64,000 bases of DNA from Myxococcota bacterium (lineage in GTDB: Bacteria > Myxococcota_A > UBA796 > UBA2385): the NCBI GenBank assembly GCA_044344255.1, contig JBIJDH010000022.1:32001-96000 (forward strand), written 5' to 3'. Below the pieces are notes generated by a model. That model saw only the letters and a program-made list of their open reading frames with translations. It did not search any database and was not told the DNA's origin. This document shows positions 36,281 to 45,769 of this stretch, one piece after another (positions within the stretch are counted from its first letter, which is position 1; each line of letters opens with the position of its first letter). A program made the position numbers and the translations under genes.

Positions 36281-37480
36281 ATGCGCTCTCCGCTCCGCAT
36301 CCTCGCCGGACTGTTCGTCGGCGCGCTCCTCGGCGCCTTCGTGGCGCCGCAGGCCCCCTGGCTGGTCGACTACGTGGCCAAGCCCGTGGGCGGGCTCTTC
36401 CTCCGTCTGCTGCTCGTGCTCGTGATGCCGCTGGCGGCGGCGGCGCTCGTGCTCGGGGTGACCGAGCTGCGCGGCGGCGGGCTCGCGGGGGTGGCTGGGC
36501 GGGCCTTCGGCTGGACGCTGCTGCTCACCGTCATCGGCGTGATGGTGGGCGTGACGCTCACCACCGTCGTGGCTCCCGGCGAGGGGGTGGACCGCGCCGC
36601 CCTGCCGGCCGGGGAGGCCCCCGCCGCCTACGCCGGCAACCCGGTGGACGCCTTCGTGGCGATGGTGCCCGACAACGTCATCGCCGCCGCCAGCCGGGGT
36701 GAGCTGCTCGGCGTGCTCTTCACGGCCCTGCTCTTCGGCCTCGCCCTGCGCGCCCTCGACACCCCCGCCACGCGGGCGCTGCGAGAGGGCATCCAGGGCT
36801 TCTTCGAGGTCTGCGCCAAGGGCATCGAGATGGTGATGGTGCTGGCACCCGTGGGCGTGGGCGGCCTCATCTGCACCTGGGTGGCCAAGACGGGCCTCGC
36901 CGGCCTCCTCCCGCTCGCCCAGTTCGCGGGCGTCGTGGTGGGCTCCATCCTCTTTCAGGGGGTGGTGGTCTATGGCCTGGCCTTACGCTCCGCCGGCTGG
37001 AGCCCGCTGGCCTTCTTCCGCGCGGTGGAGCCCGCCCTGGCGATGGCCTTCTCGACGGCCTCCTCGGCGGCCACCTTGCCCACCACGCTGCGGGTGGCCG
37101 AAGAGGGGCTCCAGCTCCCCTCCGAGCGCGCCCGCTTCGTGCTCACGGTGGGGGCCTCGGCCAACCAGAACGGCACGGCCCTCTTCGAGGGGGTGGCGGT
37201 GCTCTTCCTCGCCCAGCTCTATGGGGTGGAGCTCTCGCTCCCACACCAGGCCTTCATCGTCGGGGTCTCGATCCTCGCCGGGATCGGGACTGCGGGGGTG
37301 CCCGGGGCCTCGCTCCCCGTGATCGCCGCCCTGGCGAGCGCGGTGGGGGTGCCGCCGGAGTCGGTGGGGGTGCTCGTGGGCATCGACCGGCTGCTCGACA
37401 TGTGCCGCACCACGCTGAACGTGGCCGGTGACCTCGTCATCGCCGCGCTGGTGAGCCCGAGGCCCGCACCGGCGGCCTGA
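36281..37480 (+). CDS. Dicarboxylate/amino acid:cation symporter (DAACS, GltP-like)
   Basis: AFSTASSAATLP, GASANQNGTALF, GTAGVPG, IDRLLDMCRTTLNVAGD. Confidence 0.93.
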   Translation: MRSPLRILAGLFVGALLGAFVAPQAPWLVDYVAKPVGGLFLRLLLVLVMPLAAAALVLGVTELRGGGLAGVAGRAFGWTLLLTVIGVMVGVTLTTVVAPGEGVDRAALPAGEAPAAYAGNPVDAFVAMVPDNVIAAASRGELLGVLFTALLFGLALRALDTPATRALREGIQGFFEVCAKGIEMVMVLAPVGVGGLICTWVAKTGLAGLLPLAQFAGVVVGSILFQGVVVYGLALRSAGWSPLAFFRAVEPALAMAFSTASSAATLPTTLRVAEEGLQLPSERARFVLTVGASANQNGTALFEGVAVLFLAQLYGVELSLPHQAFIVGVSILAGIGTAGVPGASLPVIAALASAVGVPPESVGVLVGIDRLLDMCRTTLNVAGDLVIAALVSPRPAPAA

Positions 37481-37501
37481 GCCGGGCCGCCCCGCGCACC
37501 C

Positions 37502-38950
37502 TCACCAGCCCTCGAGGCCCGGCACCGCGATGTCGTCCACCCCGAGGGCGTGGGCCTCGCGGATTCCGGACATCATCGCGGCGTGGACGTTGCCATAGTA
37601 GTCAAAGACCGTGGCCTCCCCCGCGAAGCGGAGGCGCTCCCCCTCGGGCTCGCCGAGGGCGTCGAGGTCATCGTCGGTGGCGCCCACGGGGAGGAAGCTG
37701 TAGCTGCCGCCGGCGTAGGGGTCGGTCGTCCAGTGGGTGACGGCGGTGGCGGAGGGCGCGGGGATGTCCTCGCCGGTGGCCTGGGCGAGATCAGCGAGGA
37801 GGCCGTCCACCAGCGCCTCATCGGTCCAGCTACCCTGCACCTCGCGGGCGAAGCGGCCGCCGTAGAGCGCCACCATCGCGGGGCCCCCTGCGCCCTCGGA
37901 GAGGTCATAGACCTCGGGGAAGCGGCCGCTCGCGTCCTCGTCGATCATCTCGATCCCGCCGGACCACCAGGGCTCATCCCAACGGAGGACGACCTTCTCG
38001 AGGTTGCCCATGTCCACGCGCGCGATGGCCGACTGTTTACGCGCAGAGAGGGCGGGGTCGAAGCGGATGGCCCCCCGGCGGAGCACGCCCACCGGCACCG
38101 TGACCACGACGTGGCTGCCGGTGAAGACCTCGCCTGCGGCGACGACCTCCACGCCCTCATCGGTGACGGTGACGTCGGTCACGGGGTGCGAGAGCAGGGG
38201 CTCGAGCCCCTCCGCGAGGGCATCCACCATGCCGCCGTAGCCGCCGGTGGGGAAGTGATCTCCCCCCTTGAGGCCCCGCTCCTGCCAGAGCATCTCGAGG
38301 GACTGTTCATCCATGGGGCCCGAGTACTCGAGCTCGACGAACCACTGGTCGATCGCGAAGGTCGCGAGGCGGGCCTCCTGGCCGCTGAGGCCCTCGTCGT
38401 CGATGAAGGCGTCGCGCGCGTCTTCGGCGGTGGCGCGGTCGCCGAGCGCGCTCCGGAGCGCGGGGAGGGAGTCCCCAAAGTCCTCATAGTACGCGTCGAG
38501 CGAGTCCCACGCGCTGTCGCCGAGGCGGGTGTCGTTGGCCTCGTCGTAGACGTGGCTCCAGGAGGTGTGGTCCCGCTCGTAGCCGAGCTTGTTGCCGTCC
38601 ATGAAGTCGGCGACGGGGTTGTCCTCGATCCCGTGCAGCCAGGCCCCGCCGAGATCCAGGGGCGCCCCGCCCACGGACTCCGTGGAGACCCGACCGCCGA
38701 TTCGATCTCGCGCCTCGAGGACGGTGACCTCCACGCCCGCATCGTGGAGGATCCGCGCCACGGTCAGCCCCGAGACGCCAGCGCCGACGACGATCACGTG
38801 GGTGTCGGGATCTCCAGCCGGCTTGGACCCGCCGGACCGAGCCCCATCCTTGCAGCCGAACCCCGTACAGAGGACGAGCAGGCCGCCCAACCCGGGGACG
38901 GTCGCGGTGAAGCCCCTTCGATGGAGCGAGGGCAAAGAGAGGGAAGTCAA
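37502..38950 (-). CDS. Flavin monoamine/polyamine oxidase family protein
   Basis: VVGAGVSGL, EARDRIGGR, DLGGAWLHG, W..DPYAGGSYS, FAGEAT, VHAAMMSG.REA. Confidence 0.9.
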   Translation of the reverse strand: MTSLSLPSLHRRGFTATVPGLGGLLVLCTGFGCKDGARSGGSKPAGDPDTHVIVVGAGVSGLTVARILHDAGVEVTVLEARDRIGGRVSTESVGGAPLDLGGAWLHGIEDNPVADFMDGNKLGYERDHTSWSHVYDEANDTRLGDSAWDSLDAYYEDFGDSLPALRSALGDRATAEDARDAFIDDEGLSGQEARLATFAIDQWFVELEYSGPMDEQSLEMLWQERGLKGGDHFPTGGYGGMVDALAEGLEPLLSHPVTDVTVTDEGVEVVAAGEVFTGSHVVVTVPVGVLRRGAIRFDPALSARKQSAIARVDMGNLEKVVLRWDEPWWSGGIEMIDEDASGRFPEVYDLSEGAGGPAMVALYGGRFAREVQGSWTDEALVDGLLADLAQATGEDIPAPSATAVTHWTTDPYAGGSYSFLPVGATDDDLDALGEPEGERLRFAGEATVFDYYGNVHAAMMSGIREAHALGVDDIAVPGLEGW

Positions 38951-38974
38951 GCGTTGTGCCTCAATGTGTATCTC

Positions 38975-39493
38975 TCAAGAGGTATAATGGACGATCTCCC
39001 CATCGAGCTGCTGCAGGTTCTGGATCAGCCACTCGCGATCGGAGGCGTCGGCGACGGGCTCGGCGAGCTTACGGGCCGCCCGGAGGTGGTGCTGGAGGAG
39101 GGTGTCCTCTCCGGCCAGCCGCGCCGCCCTCGCCAGGGCCTCGTGGCTGAAACCCCCATAAAAGGGACCGATCTCGCGATGTTCCTCGTAGATCTTCAGC
39201 GAACGGAGCCCGTAGATTCGCGCCAGGTCGGGCGCTCCAATCACGGCGTAGACCCGCGACAACATCCAATCGGCCACGTTCATCTGCGTGGGCCCTGCAT
39301 GGCCGCCGAGGCGGATCACCTCGCCCCAGTGAAAGGCGGAGGCGTGGGCGCGGCTCAGGAGCTGCGCGTGCTGCTCCTCGCTGAGCTCCCGCTTGTCGAG
39401 CAGCTCCCAACAGCTGTTGTAGAGCTTCGCCGCGAGGATCCGGTGTTGAGCGGCCTCGACTGACTGGGGCAGATCCGGAGGCGGTGTGGGCAT
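38975..39493 (-). CDS. Conserved hypothetical helical (TPR-like) protein
   Basis: N..WELL, AHASAFHW, W.LSRVYA, HEALARA. GGAG precedes ATG 39493. Confidence 0.75.
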   Translation of the reverse strand: MPTPPPDLPQSVEAAQHRILAAKLYNSCWELLDKRELSEEQHAQLLSRAHASAFHWGEVIRLGGHAGPTQMNVADWMLSRVYAVIGAPDLARIYGLRSLKIYEEHREIGPFYGGFSHEALARAARLAGEDTLLQHHLRAARKLAEPVADASDREWLIQNLQQLDGEIVHYTS

Positions 39494-39623
39494 GGTGGCT
39501 CCCTGGTTCTCCCCATCCTGAACCCGTCCCGCTTCCGCGGACAAGGCCCCCCCCTTCAGAAGGTCGCCGAGCCCCTTCGGCGAAGCCGCTGCGAGCACCC
39601 ACTCCAGTAGGACCTGAAGCGTA

Positions 39624-39655
39624 CCATTGACTCGTCAATGGAGACCCCTTAGACT
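39624..39655 (+). promoter_or_regulatory. Sigma-70 promoter with a palindromic operator over the -35 box
   Basis: TTGACT (39627-39632)-17 bp-TAGACT (39650-39655). Perfect IR CCATTGAC-TC-GTCAATGG (39624-39641). Confidence 0.65.
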
Positions 39656-39712
39656 CTTAGCAGCCCACCGCCTGCCCGGCGCCACCCCCGGGCCCCTGCC
39701 GCGGAGTCTCCG

Positions 39713-40207
39713 ATGTCCCTCCCAGCGCTCTCCCTCGTCCCCGATGGCGCCTCCTCCGCCCACTCTCCCGGGCCGGCCGGGCCGCGCGCGCCGATCGTGG
39801 AGGTCTCTGAGTTCTCCGACGACCTGCCCACCGACCACAGCACGGGCCACCCAACCCTCCAGGCTCGCGAGCGCAGCGACGACGATCCGACCGACCTCGG
39901 TGGGATCGACCAGCACATCGCGCTCGAGCCCGAAGAGCTGGTCATCATGCGCGAGGAGGTCGTCCGCCTCCGCCGCGCCCTCATCCAGACGGCCAACGAG
40001 ATCGAGGCCAGCCTGAACGAGATCGCCCACGCCCACGACCTCCGGCGGAAGGCCGAAGAAGAGGCGATGCTCGCGAAGCGGCGAGCCGACGCCGCCGAGG
40101 ACCGCACCCGCTCCCTCGAGCTCCGCGTCACAGCCCTCCACTCCTACGCGCAGTCATCCTGGTACAATCGCCTCTTTGGTCGCCCCTCGCTGCCCGAGAC
40201 CACCTGA
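39713..40207 (+). CDS. Hypothetical coiled-coil protein
   Basis: Acidic disordered N-terminus, heptad-like E/R/A-rich helix, C-terminal WYNRLFG. Confidence 0.7.
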   Translation: MSLPALSLVPDGASSAHSPGPAGPRAPIVEVSEFSDDLPTDHSTGHPTLQARERSDDDPTDLGGIDQHIALEPEELVIMREEVVRLRRALIQTANEIEASLNEIAHAHDLRRKAEEEAMLAKRRADAAEDRTRSLELRVTALHSYAQSSWYNRLFGRPSLPETT

Positions 40208-40243
40208 GGCGTTCGCCCGGGCTCAGTATGTACTCGCCCGACC

Positions 40244-41671
40244 TCAGTAGCCACCCGCCTTCTTGAGCTTCCGCCACAGCGTCGTGCGATCAATGCCGAG
40301 GATCCGCGCGGCCCCGGCCACATTGCCGTCGCTCTTGTCCATCGCCTTACGAATGGCGGCCTCTTCGAGCTTGGCGAGCGAGGGGTGAACGGGCTCCCGC
40401 GTGGCCACCTGGGGCAGCCCAAGGTGCTCCGGGCGGAGGGCTTGGCCGGCGGGCACGCGGATCCACGCGAGGCGGAGCACATTCTCGAGCTCCCGCACGT
40501 TGCCTCGCCACTCCCGGTCGACGAGCGCGGCGACGGCCTCGGCGCTCAGCCCCGCCGTCTGTTTCTCTCGGCCCCGCCGCGCCGACTCGGCGGCGAAGCG
40601 GGCGAGGAAGTGCTCGGCGAGCAGCGGGATGTCGTCCGGTCGGTCGCGGAGGGGCGGCACGGGGACGCGGACCCCCGCGAGGCGGTAGTAGAGGTCCTCG
40701 CGGAAGTGGCCGGCGGCCACGTCGTCGTCGATGTCACGGTTGGTGGCGGCGAGGATTCGCACATCGACGCGGCGGGGGCGGTCCTCCCCGACGCGCTGGA
40801 TCTCGCCTTGCTGCAGCACCCGGAGGAGCTTGACCTGGAGCTGCAGCGGCAGCTCGCCGACCTCGTCGAGCAGCAGGGTACCGGTGTCAGCCTCCTCAAA
40901 GCAGCCCCGCCGGTCCTGGCTGGCCCCTGTGAAGGCCCCCTTCTTGTGGCCGAAGAGCTCGCTCTCGATGAGGGAGGGGCTGAGCGCCCCACAATTGACC
41001 TTGATGTAGGGCTTCCCCATGCGGTCGCTCAGGTACTGCAGCGCGTCGGCGAAGCGCTCCTTGCCCACCCCGGACTCGCCGATGATCAGCACCGGAACAT
41101 CGTGTGGGGCCACCTGCTCCACGAGCTCGTAGAGGCCTTGCATGGGCGCCGAGCGGCCGATGATCTCGTGGAGGGAGCGGCGCTCGTGCAGGGCGGCGGT
41201 CAGCGCCACGGTCTCGGTGAGATCTCGGAAGAGCTCGATGCCAGCGAGGGCCCGACCGTCCCGCGCGCGGAGCACCAGCATGCGGGTGTCGGCCTGAACG
41301 AGGCGCGCCCCGCTGCGCCCTCGGTAGGTGACCGCGTGCCCCCCCGCGCCCCCGCGCCCCCCCTCGAGGAGGGCCGTGAGCGGGCAGGCGAGCGAACAGT
41401 CGGGGGCGTTCAAGGCCTCTCGACACAAGCAGTCGAGCGCCTCGTCGGGACCGTAGCCGAGCAGCTCCCGCGCCCGCCGGTTCATCTGCACGACCCGCCG
41501 CGTGCCGGCCTCGATCACCACCGCGCCGTCCGAGACGTGGTGGAGGAGCGCGCGGACGAGCGGGTTCGACAAGGCGAGATCGAGCTCGTCCACGTCGAGC
41601 AGGATGTCGCTCGATCGAGGCGCGTCCAGCGCCGCTGGGTCGATCGACGCGGGGTTGACGGACTTCGGCAC
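40244..41671 (-). CDS. Sigma-54-dependent transcriptional activator (PAS + AAA+ + Fis HTH)
   Basis: GESGVGKE, ESELFGH.KGAFTGA, LDEVGE, FREDLYYRL, GNVRELEN, AARILGIDRTTLWRKL. PAS with CLC..CSLACP. GAGGAG before GTG 41671. Confidence 0.93.
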   Translation of the reverse strand: MPKSVNPASIDPAALDAPRSSDILLDVDELDLALSNPLVRALLHHVSDGAVVIEAGTRRVVQMNRRARELLGYGPDEALDCLCREALNAPDCSLACPLTALLEGGRGGAGGHAVTYRGRSGARLVQADTRMLVLRARDGRALAGIELFRDLTETVALTAALHERRSLHEIIGRSAPMQGLYELVEQVAPHDVPVLIIGESGVGKERFADALQYLSDRMGKPYIKVNCGALSPSLIESELFGHKKGAFTGASQDRRGCFEEADTGTLLLDEVGELPLQLQVKLLRVLQQGEIQRVGEDRPRRVDVRILAATNRDIDDDVAAGHFREDLYYRLAGVRVPVPPLRDRPDDIPLLAEHFLARFAAESARRGREKQTAGLSAEAVAALVDREWRGNVRELENVLRLAWIRVPAGQALRPEHLGLPQVATREPVHPSLAKLEEAAIRKAMDKSDGNVAGAARILGIDRTTLWRKLKKAGGY

Positions 41672-41744
41672 GCGCGCTCCTCGGGCCCCCTCGGACGCCC
41701 GCCCCCTCAGTCTAGGCGGGCAGGCGACCGATCGCAATGACATT

Positions 41745-41761
41745 TGTTGCACTTTGCAACA
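41745..41761. promoter_or_regulatory. Palindromic operator/UAS upstream of the EBP gene
   Basis: TGTTGCA-CTT-TGCAACA, a perfect 7-bp inverted repeat. Confidence 0.7.
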
Positions 41762-41781
41762 GAACCGGGTGATGGTAGGGA

Positions 41782-42579
41782 ATGACCCCCGAGCGCCCCT
41801 CCGATCCCCCCCGCCACCGCCTCCCACCGGGCCCCCTCTTCCCCTCCGGCCTCGCCTGGACCGATGAGGGCCCCGAGGGCGGCCCGGCATACCTCTTTGT
41901 CCACGGCATGCCGGGGAGCCACCGCGACTTCCGCTGGCTGGCCCCCACCCTGCCCGGCTGCCGGCTGCTGCGGGTAGACCTGCCGGGCTTCGGCGCATCC
42001 CCCGCCGGCCCCACCCCGCTCGACGAGCGTGGCCGCGCCTCCGTCCTCCGCCCGGTCCTCGACGCCGCGGGGGTTGAGCGGGTCGTCGTCGTCGGGCACT
42101 CGATCGGCGGCGCGGTGGCGTCGGCCTTCGCGGAGATGGCCCCCGAGCGGGTCCATGCCCTCGGCCTCCTCGCCTCCGCCGGGGCGCGCGCGCACCTCGC
42201 CTTCGCCCTCTGCCCCTTCCGCCTGCTCCGCTTCGGCTACGACCGGCCGCCCCTGCGCTCCCTGGCGGCGCGGCTCACCCGACGCCTCTACACCGCCTTC
42301 GGCTTCCCCCGCTCGATGCCCGCGGCCGAGCTCGAGACCACCGTGCGCTCCGCTATCCTCGCCGACTTCCAGGCCCACGGCGCCCGCATGCGGGCCCTCC
42401 AGATCCCCACCCTCGTCGCCTGGTCAGAGGACGACCGCGTGGTGGAGCGCTCCGTCTCCCGCGGCCTCGCCGCCCTCTCGCCACCCGGCCCGCGGCTCGC
42501 CTTCCCCACCGGCGGGCACAACATCCAAAAGACGCAGGCGGTTGAGCTCGGCGCGGCCCTGCGCACGCTTTGGGGCTGA
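41782..42579 (+). CDS. Alpha/beta fold hydrolase
   Basis: FVHGMPGS, DLPGFG, GHSIGG nucleophile elbow, WSEDD, GGHN. Confidence 0.9.
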   Translation: MTPERPSDPPRHRLPPGPLFPSGLAWTDEGPEGGPAYLFVHGMPGSHRDFRWLAPTLPGCRLLRVDLPGFGASPAGPTPLDERGRASVLRPVLDAAGVERVVVVGHSIGGAVASAFAEMAPERVHALGLLASAGARAHLAFALCPFRLLRFGYDRPPLRSLAARLTRRLYTAFGFPRSMPAAELETTVRSAILADFQAHGARMRALQIPTLVAWSEDDRVVERSVSRGLAALSPPGPRLAFPTGGHNIQKTQAVELGAALRTLWG

Positions 42580-42685
42580 GCGGAGCTCCCCCATGACGGG
42601 ACCTCTGGAATTTTCTTGGCGCCCGATCACCCCGGGTTATCGCCAGCACACATCCGGCACGAGGAGCCACGCCCACCCTCCCCTC

Positions 42686-42702
42686 CGTTGCAGTCTGCAA
42701 CG
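42686..42702. promoter_or_regulatory. Putative UAS for the sigma-54 promoter of the sigma-factor gene
   Basis: CGTTGCA-GTC-TGCAACG, a perfect 7-bp IR about 100 bp upstream of the -24 element. Confidence 0.7.
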
Positions 42703-42798
42703 TTGCGGTTGCAGAAGGCCACGCTGGTCCCCTCGACGGCCTCGTCCGAGCCCCGAGAAAGCCGCGGCCCCCCAACGGCGCCCCCCTCTCACCCACGA

Positions 42799-42814
42799 TG
42801 GCACGCTCCTTGCT
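42799..42814 (+). promoter_or_regulatory. Sigma-54 (-24/-12) promoter
   Basis: TGGCACG-CTCC-TTGCT exact consensus, 30 bp before ATG 42844. Confidence 0.85.
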
Positions 42815-42843
42815 TGAATGGCGACTCCCGACCAGGAGCGACC

Positions 42844-43788
42844 ATGTTCCGCATCACCGCCGATGAAGAGCGCCAGCTCGCGCACCGCATCCGCGCCGCC
42901 GAGCAGTCCGCTCGGGCCGCCCTCGCTGGCCTCGAGCCGGCCGAGCGGGTCCTGCGCCGCCGCCCGACCCGCAATGAGCGTACCCGCGCCGGCGCGGTCG
43001 ACCGCCTGATCGAGGCCGTCGCCGCCTGTGAGGAGGACGCGCGGGTCGATCGCGAGGTGCGAGTCGGGATGAGAGAGGCCCGCCGCGCCCTCAAGCAGGC
43101 CGAGGACACCCGCTGGGAGCTGGCGATGAGCGCCCGCCGCATCGCACGCGGAGAGGCCCGCAAGCTCGCCTGCTCGCTGATGGGCGAGGAGGACCTCTGC
43201 CAGGAGGGGTACATCGGCCTGATGCGGGCAGCCAAACGTTTTGACCCTGACCGCGGCATCCGCTTCTCCACCTACGCCCGCTGGTGGGTGCGGGCACAGA
43301 TGACCCGCGCCCTCGAGACCACCGGCCGCATGGTGCGCTTGCCGGGCGGGGCCGTCGAGCAGATCCGCAACATGAGCCAGGCCGCCGAGCGCCTCGACCG
43401 CGCGGGCCTGCAGTACACCCTCGACGACCTCGCCGAAGAGGTGGGCATCGAGAAGCCGCGCGCCCAGCTCCTCCTCTCTCAGGGCGGGGTGGTGTCGATC
43501 GACCAGCAGGACGACGACGGGCTCAGCATCGGCGACCGCCTCTCCTCGAACACCCGCGCCACCAAGCCCGACGAGCTCGCCATCACCGCCCAGGCGCTGG
43601 GCAAGGTGACCGACGTCTTCGACGAGCTCCTCGACGATCGCGAGAAGTACATCATCCTCAACCACTACGGGCTCCGCGGCGCCGAGTCGCGCACGATGGC
43701 CGACATCGGCAAGTCGATGGGCCTCTCGCGCGAGCGGGTGCGGCAGATCGAGGTCGGCGCTCTGTCTCGCCTCCGCGAGGCCATCTAG
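42844..43788 (+). CDS. Alternative sigma-70-family sigma factor (RpoD/RpoH-like, no region 1.1)
   Basis: [34 protein letters not shown], region 4 [25 protein letters not shown]. Confidence 0.92.
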   Translation: MFRITADEERQLAHRIRAAEQSARAALAGLEPAERVLRRRPTRNERTRAGAVDRLIEAVAACEEDARVDREVRVGMREARRALKQAEDTRWELAMSARRIARGEARKLACSLMGEEDLCQEGYIGLMRAAKRFDPDRGIRFSTYARWWVRAQMTRALETTGRMVRLPGGAVEQIRNMSQAAERLDRAGLQYTLDDLAEEVGIEKPRAQLLLSQGGVVSIDQQDDDGLSIGDRLSSNTRATKPDELAITAQALGKVTDVFDELLDDREKYIILNHYGLRGAESRTMADIGKSMGLSRERVRQIEVGALSRLREAI

Positions 43789-43809
43789 CGCTCCGCTCAG
43801 CGGGGGCGC

Positions 43810-45060
43810 TCAGCCCGCGCCGAAGCGGAGGATGAAGCGGCTGCCGCCCCCCTCCCGGGCCTCGACCTGTACGGTGGCCCCGTGGTGATGCGCGATCTGG
43901 CGGACCAGCGCGAGGCCCAGCCCCACGCCGCCGTCGCCCTCCTTGTGGCCCGCCGGACGGTAGAAGGGCTCGAAGATCCGCTCCCGCTCGGCCTCCGGCA
44001 CCCCGGGGCCTCGGTCGGCCACGACGAGCTCGGTGGGCCGCACGGAGACCTCCGCCGCGCCGCCGCCGTGCCGCGCTGCGTTCTCGAGCAGGTTGCGCAA
44101 CAGGCGGCGGAGGAGCCGAGGGTCCCCCTGCAGGAAAGAGGGCTCACCCTCGACGGTGGCGCCCGTGCGGACGGCCTCTTCGGCGGCGAGGGCGAGGAGC
44201 TCCACGGCCTCGCTGCGCGGGGGACCGAGGACCGTGTCCAGGCGGCTCGCGAGGAGCACATCCTCGATGAGCGCGTCCAGCTCAGCCACGTCGCGGGTGG
44301 CGTCGGCCAGGAGCGCGGCGCGGGCGGCGGGCTCCGGGTCCCCGTCCAGCAGCAGCTCGAGGGCCATCCGCAAGCGGGCGAGCGGGCTCCGGAGCTCGTG
44401 GGAGGCGCTGGCCAGCACCCGCCGCTGGCCGAGGACGAGGGCCTCGATCCGCTCCGCCGCTCGGTTGAAGGCCCGCGCCAGCGCTGCGACCTCGTCGCCG
44501 CCCCGCACCGTGACCCGCGCGCCCAAGGCCCCACCACCGAAGCGCTCGACCCCCGCTTGGAGGGCCTCGAGGCGGCGGGTGATGCGCCGGGCCAGGGGGT
44601 GGCTGCCGACCACGATCGTGAGGAGCAGCACGCCCAGCACCGCAAAGAAGTGCTGGAACATCCCCGTGGTGTGGTCTCCCGGCAGGCTCACGCCCAGCCA
44701 CCGCTCGTCGCGCAGGTGGATGGCCAGCGCTCCGCGGCCCACCCACTGGACGGGGTCGGGATCGGAGACATCGGGCGCCGCTGGGGCCCCGCCCGAGCTC
44801 TGGAGGAGGCGGCCGCCCGCGTCCCACAGGCTGAGCGAGACCTGGAGCTGCGCCGCCCGGGCCGATAGCGCCGCGCCCGTGGCCGAGGGATCGGCGGGGA
44901 GATCGGCCACCACGAGCTCGGCGAGGGCCACTGACTGTCGAGGTGGCGGCCACCGGCTGGGGTCGGGGCCCGTCAGGCGCGCGGTCAGCGCGGCGGCCCC
45001 CACGCAGGCCACCGCCACCGCGATGAAGCCGACCGCGATCTGCCGCGAGAGGGAGCGCAT
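43810..45060 (-). CDS. HAMP-domain sensor histidine kinase
   Basis: 2 TM, HAMP, SHELRSPLARL, NLLENA, DRGPGVP, IFEPFYR, GVGLGLAL. Confidence 0.92.
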   Translation of the reverse strand: MRSLSRQIAVGFIAVAVACVGAAALTARLTGPDPSRWPPPRQSVALAELVVADLPADPSATGAALSARAAQLQVSLSLWDAGGRLLQSSGGAPAAPDVSDPDPVQWVGRGALAIHLRDERWLGVSLPGDHTTGMFQHFFAVLGVLLLTIVVGSHPLARRITRRLEALQAGVERFGGGALGARVTVRGGDEVAALARAFNRAAERIEALVLGQRRVLASASHELRSPLARLRMALELLLDGDPEPAARAALLADATRDVAELDALIEDVLLASRLDTVLGPPRSEAVELLALAAEEAVRTGATVEGEPSFLQGDPRLLRRLLRNLLENAARHGGGAAEVSVRPTELVVADRGPGVPEAERERIFEPFYRPAGHKEGDGGVGLGLALVRQIAHHHGATVQVEAREGGGSRFILRFGAG

Positions 45061-45062
45061 CC

Positions 45063-45746
45063 TCAATCTTGCCGGCTGGAGAAGAGGTAGCCCGAGCCCC
45101 GCACGGTGAGCACCCGCCGAGGCTCCTTCGGGTCGTCCTCGATCGCGGCGCGGATCCGAGAGATGTGGACGTCGACGCTGCGGTCACCGTCTCCCTCCTC
45201 CCCCGTGACCCGCTCGGAGATCTGCTCCCGCGACAAGATGCGCCCCGCGCTCTCCGCCAGCACCCGGAGGATGTCGAACTGGTGGGCCGTGAGCGGCCGG
45301 GGCTCCCCGCCCAGCGTCACCTGCCGGCCCTCCCGATCGAGCTCCAGCCGACCGAAACGAAGGGGGGCGCTGGGAGTCGCGCTGGACACCCGCCGCCGGA
45401 GCACCGCGCGGAGGCGGGCCAAGAGCTCCCGGGGCTCAAAGGGCTTCGGGAGGTAGTCGTCGGCCCCGAGCTCGAGGCCGACGATGCGGTCGGTGGGGTC
45501 ACCCCGGGCGGTGAGCATGAGCACGGGCACGTCGCTCTCCGCCCGCAGGCGCCGCAGCACCTCGAGGCCGTCCAAGTCCGGCAGCATGCCGTCGAGGATG
45601 ACCGCGTCGAAGCCGCGCCTCCCGGCCGCGAAGCCGGAGGCGCCGTTGAGGCGCTGCTCCACGGTGAAGCCCGACGCGCCGAGGTAGGTCCCGAGCATGC
45701 GCCCGAGACGCTCGTCGTCGTCGATGATCAGGATGCGGGAGCTCAA
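45063..45746 (-). CDS. OmpR/CpxR-family response regulator
   Basis: ILIIDDD, LDGMLP, MLTARG, GADDYLPKPF, RSVDVHISRIR, TVRGSGY. TTG start assumed. Confidence 0.92.
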   Translation of the reverse strand: MSSRILIIDDDERLGRMLGTYLGASGFTVEQRLNGASGFAAGRRGFDAVILDGMLPDLDGLEVLRRLRAESDVPVLMLTARGDPTDRIVGLELGADDYLPKPFEPRELLARLRAVLRRRVSSATPSAPLRFGRLELDREGRQVTLGGEPRPLTAHQFDILRVLAESAGRILSREQISERVTGEEGDGDRSVDVHISRIRAAIEDDPKEPRRVLTVRGSGYLFSSRQD

Positions 45747-45769
45747 GGCGACGTGACCATCCGCAGAGC

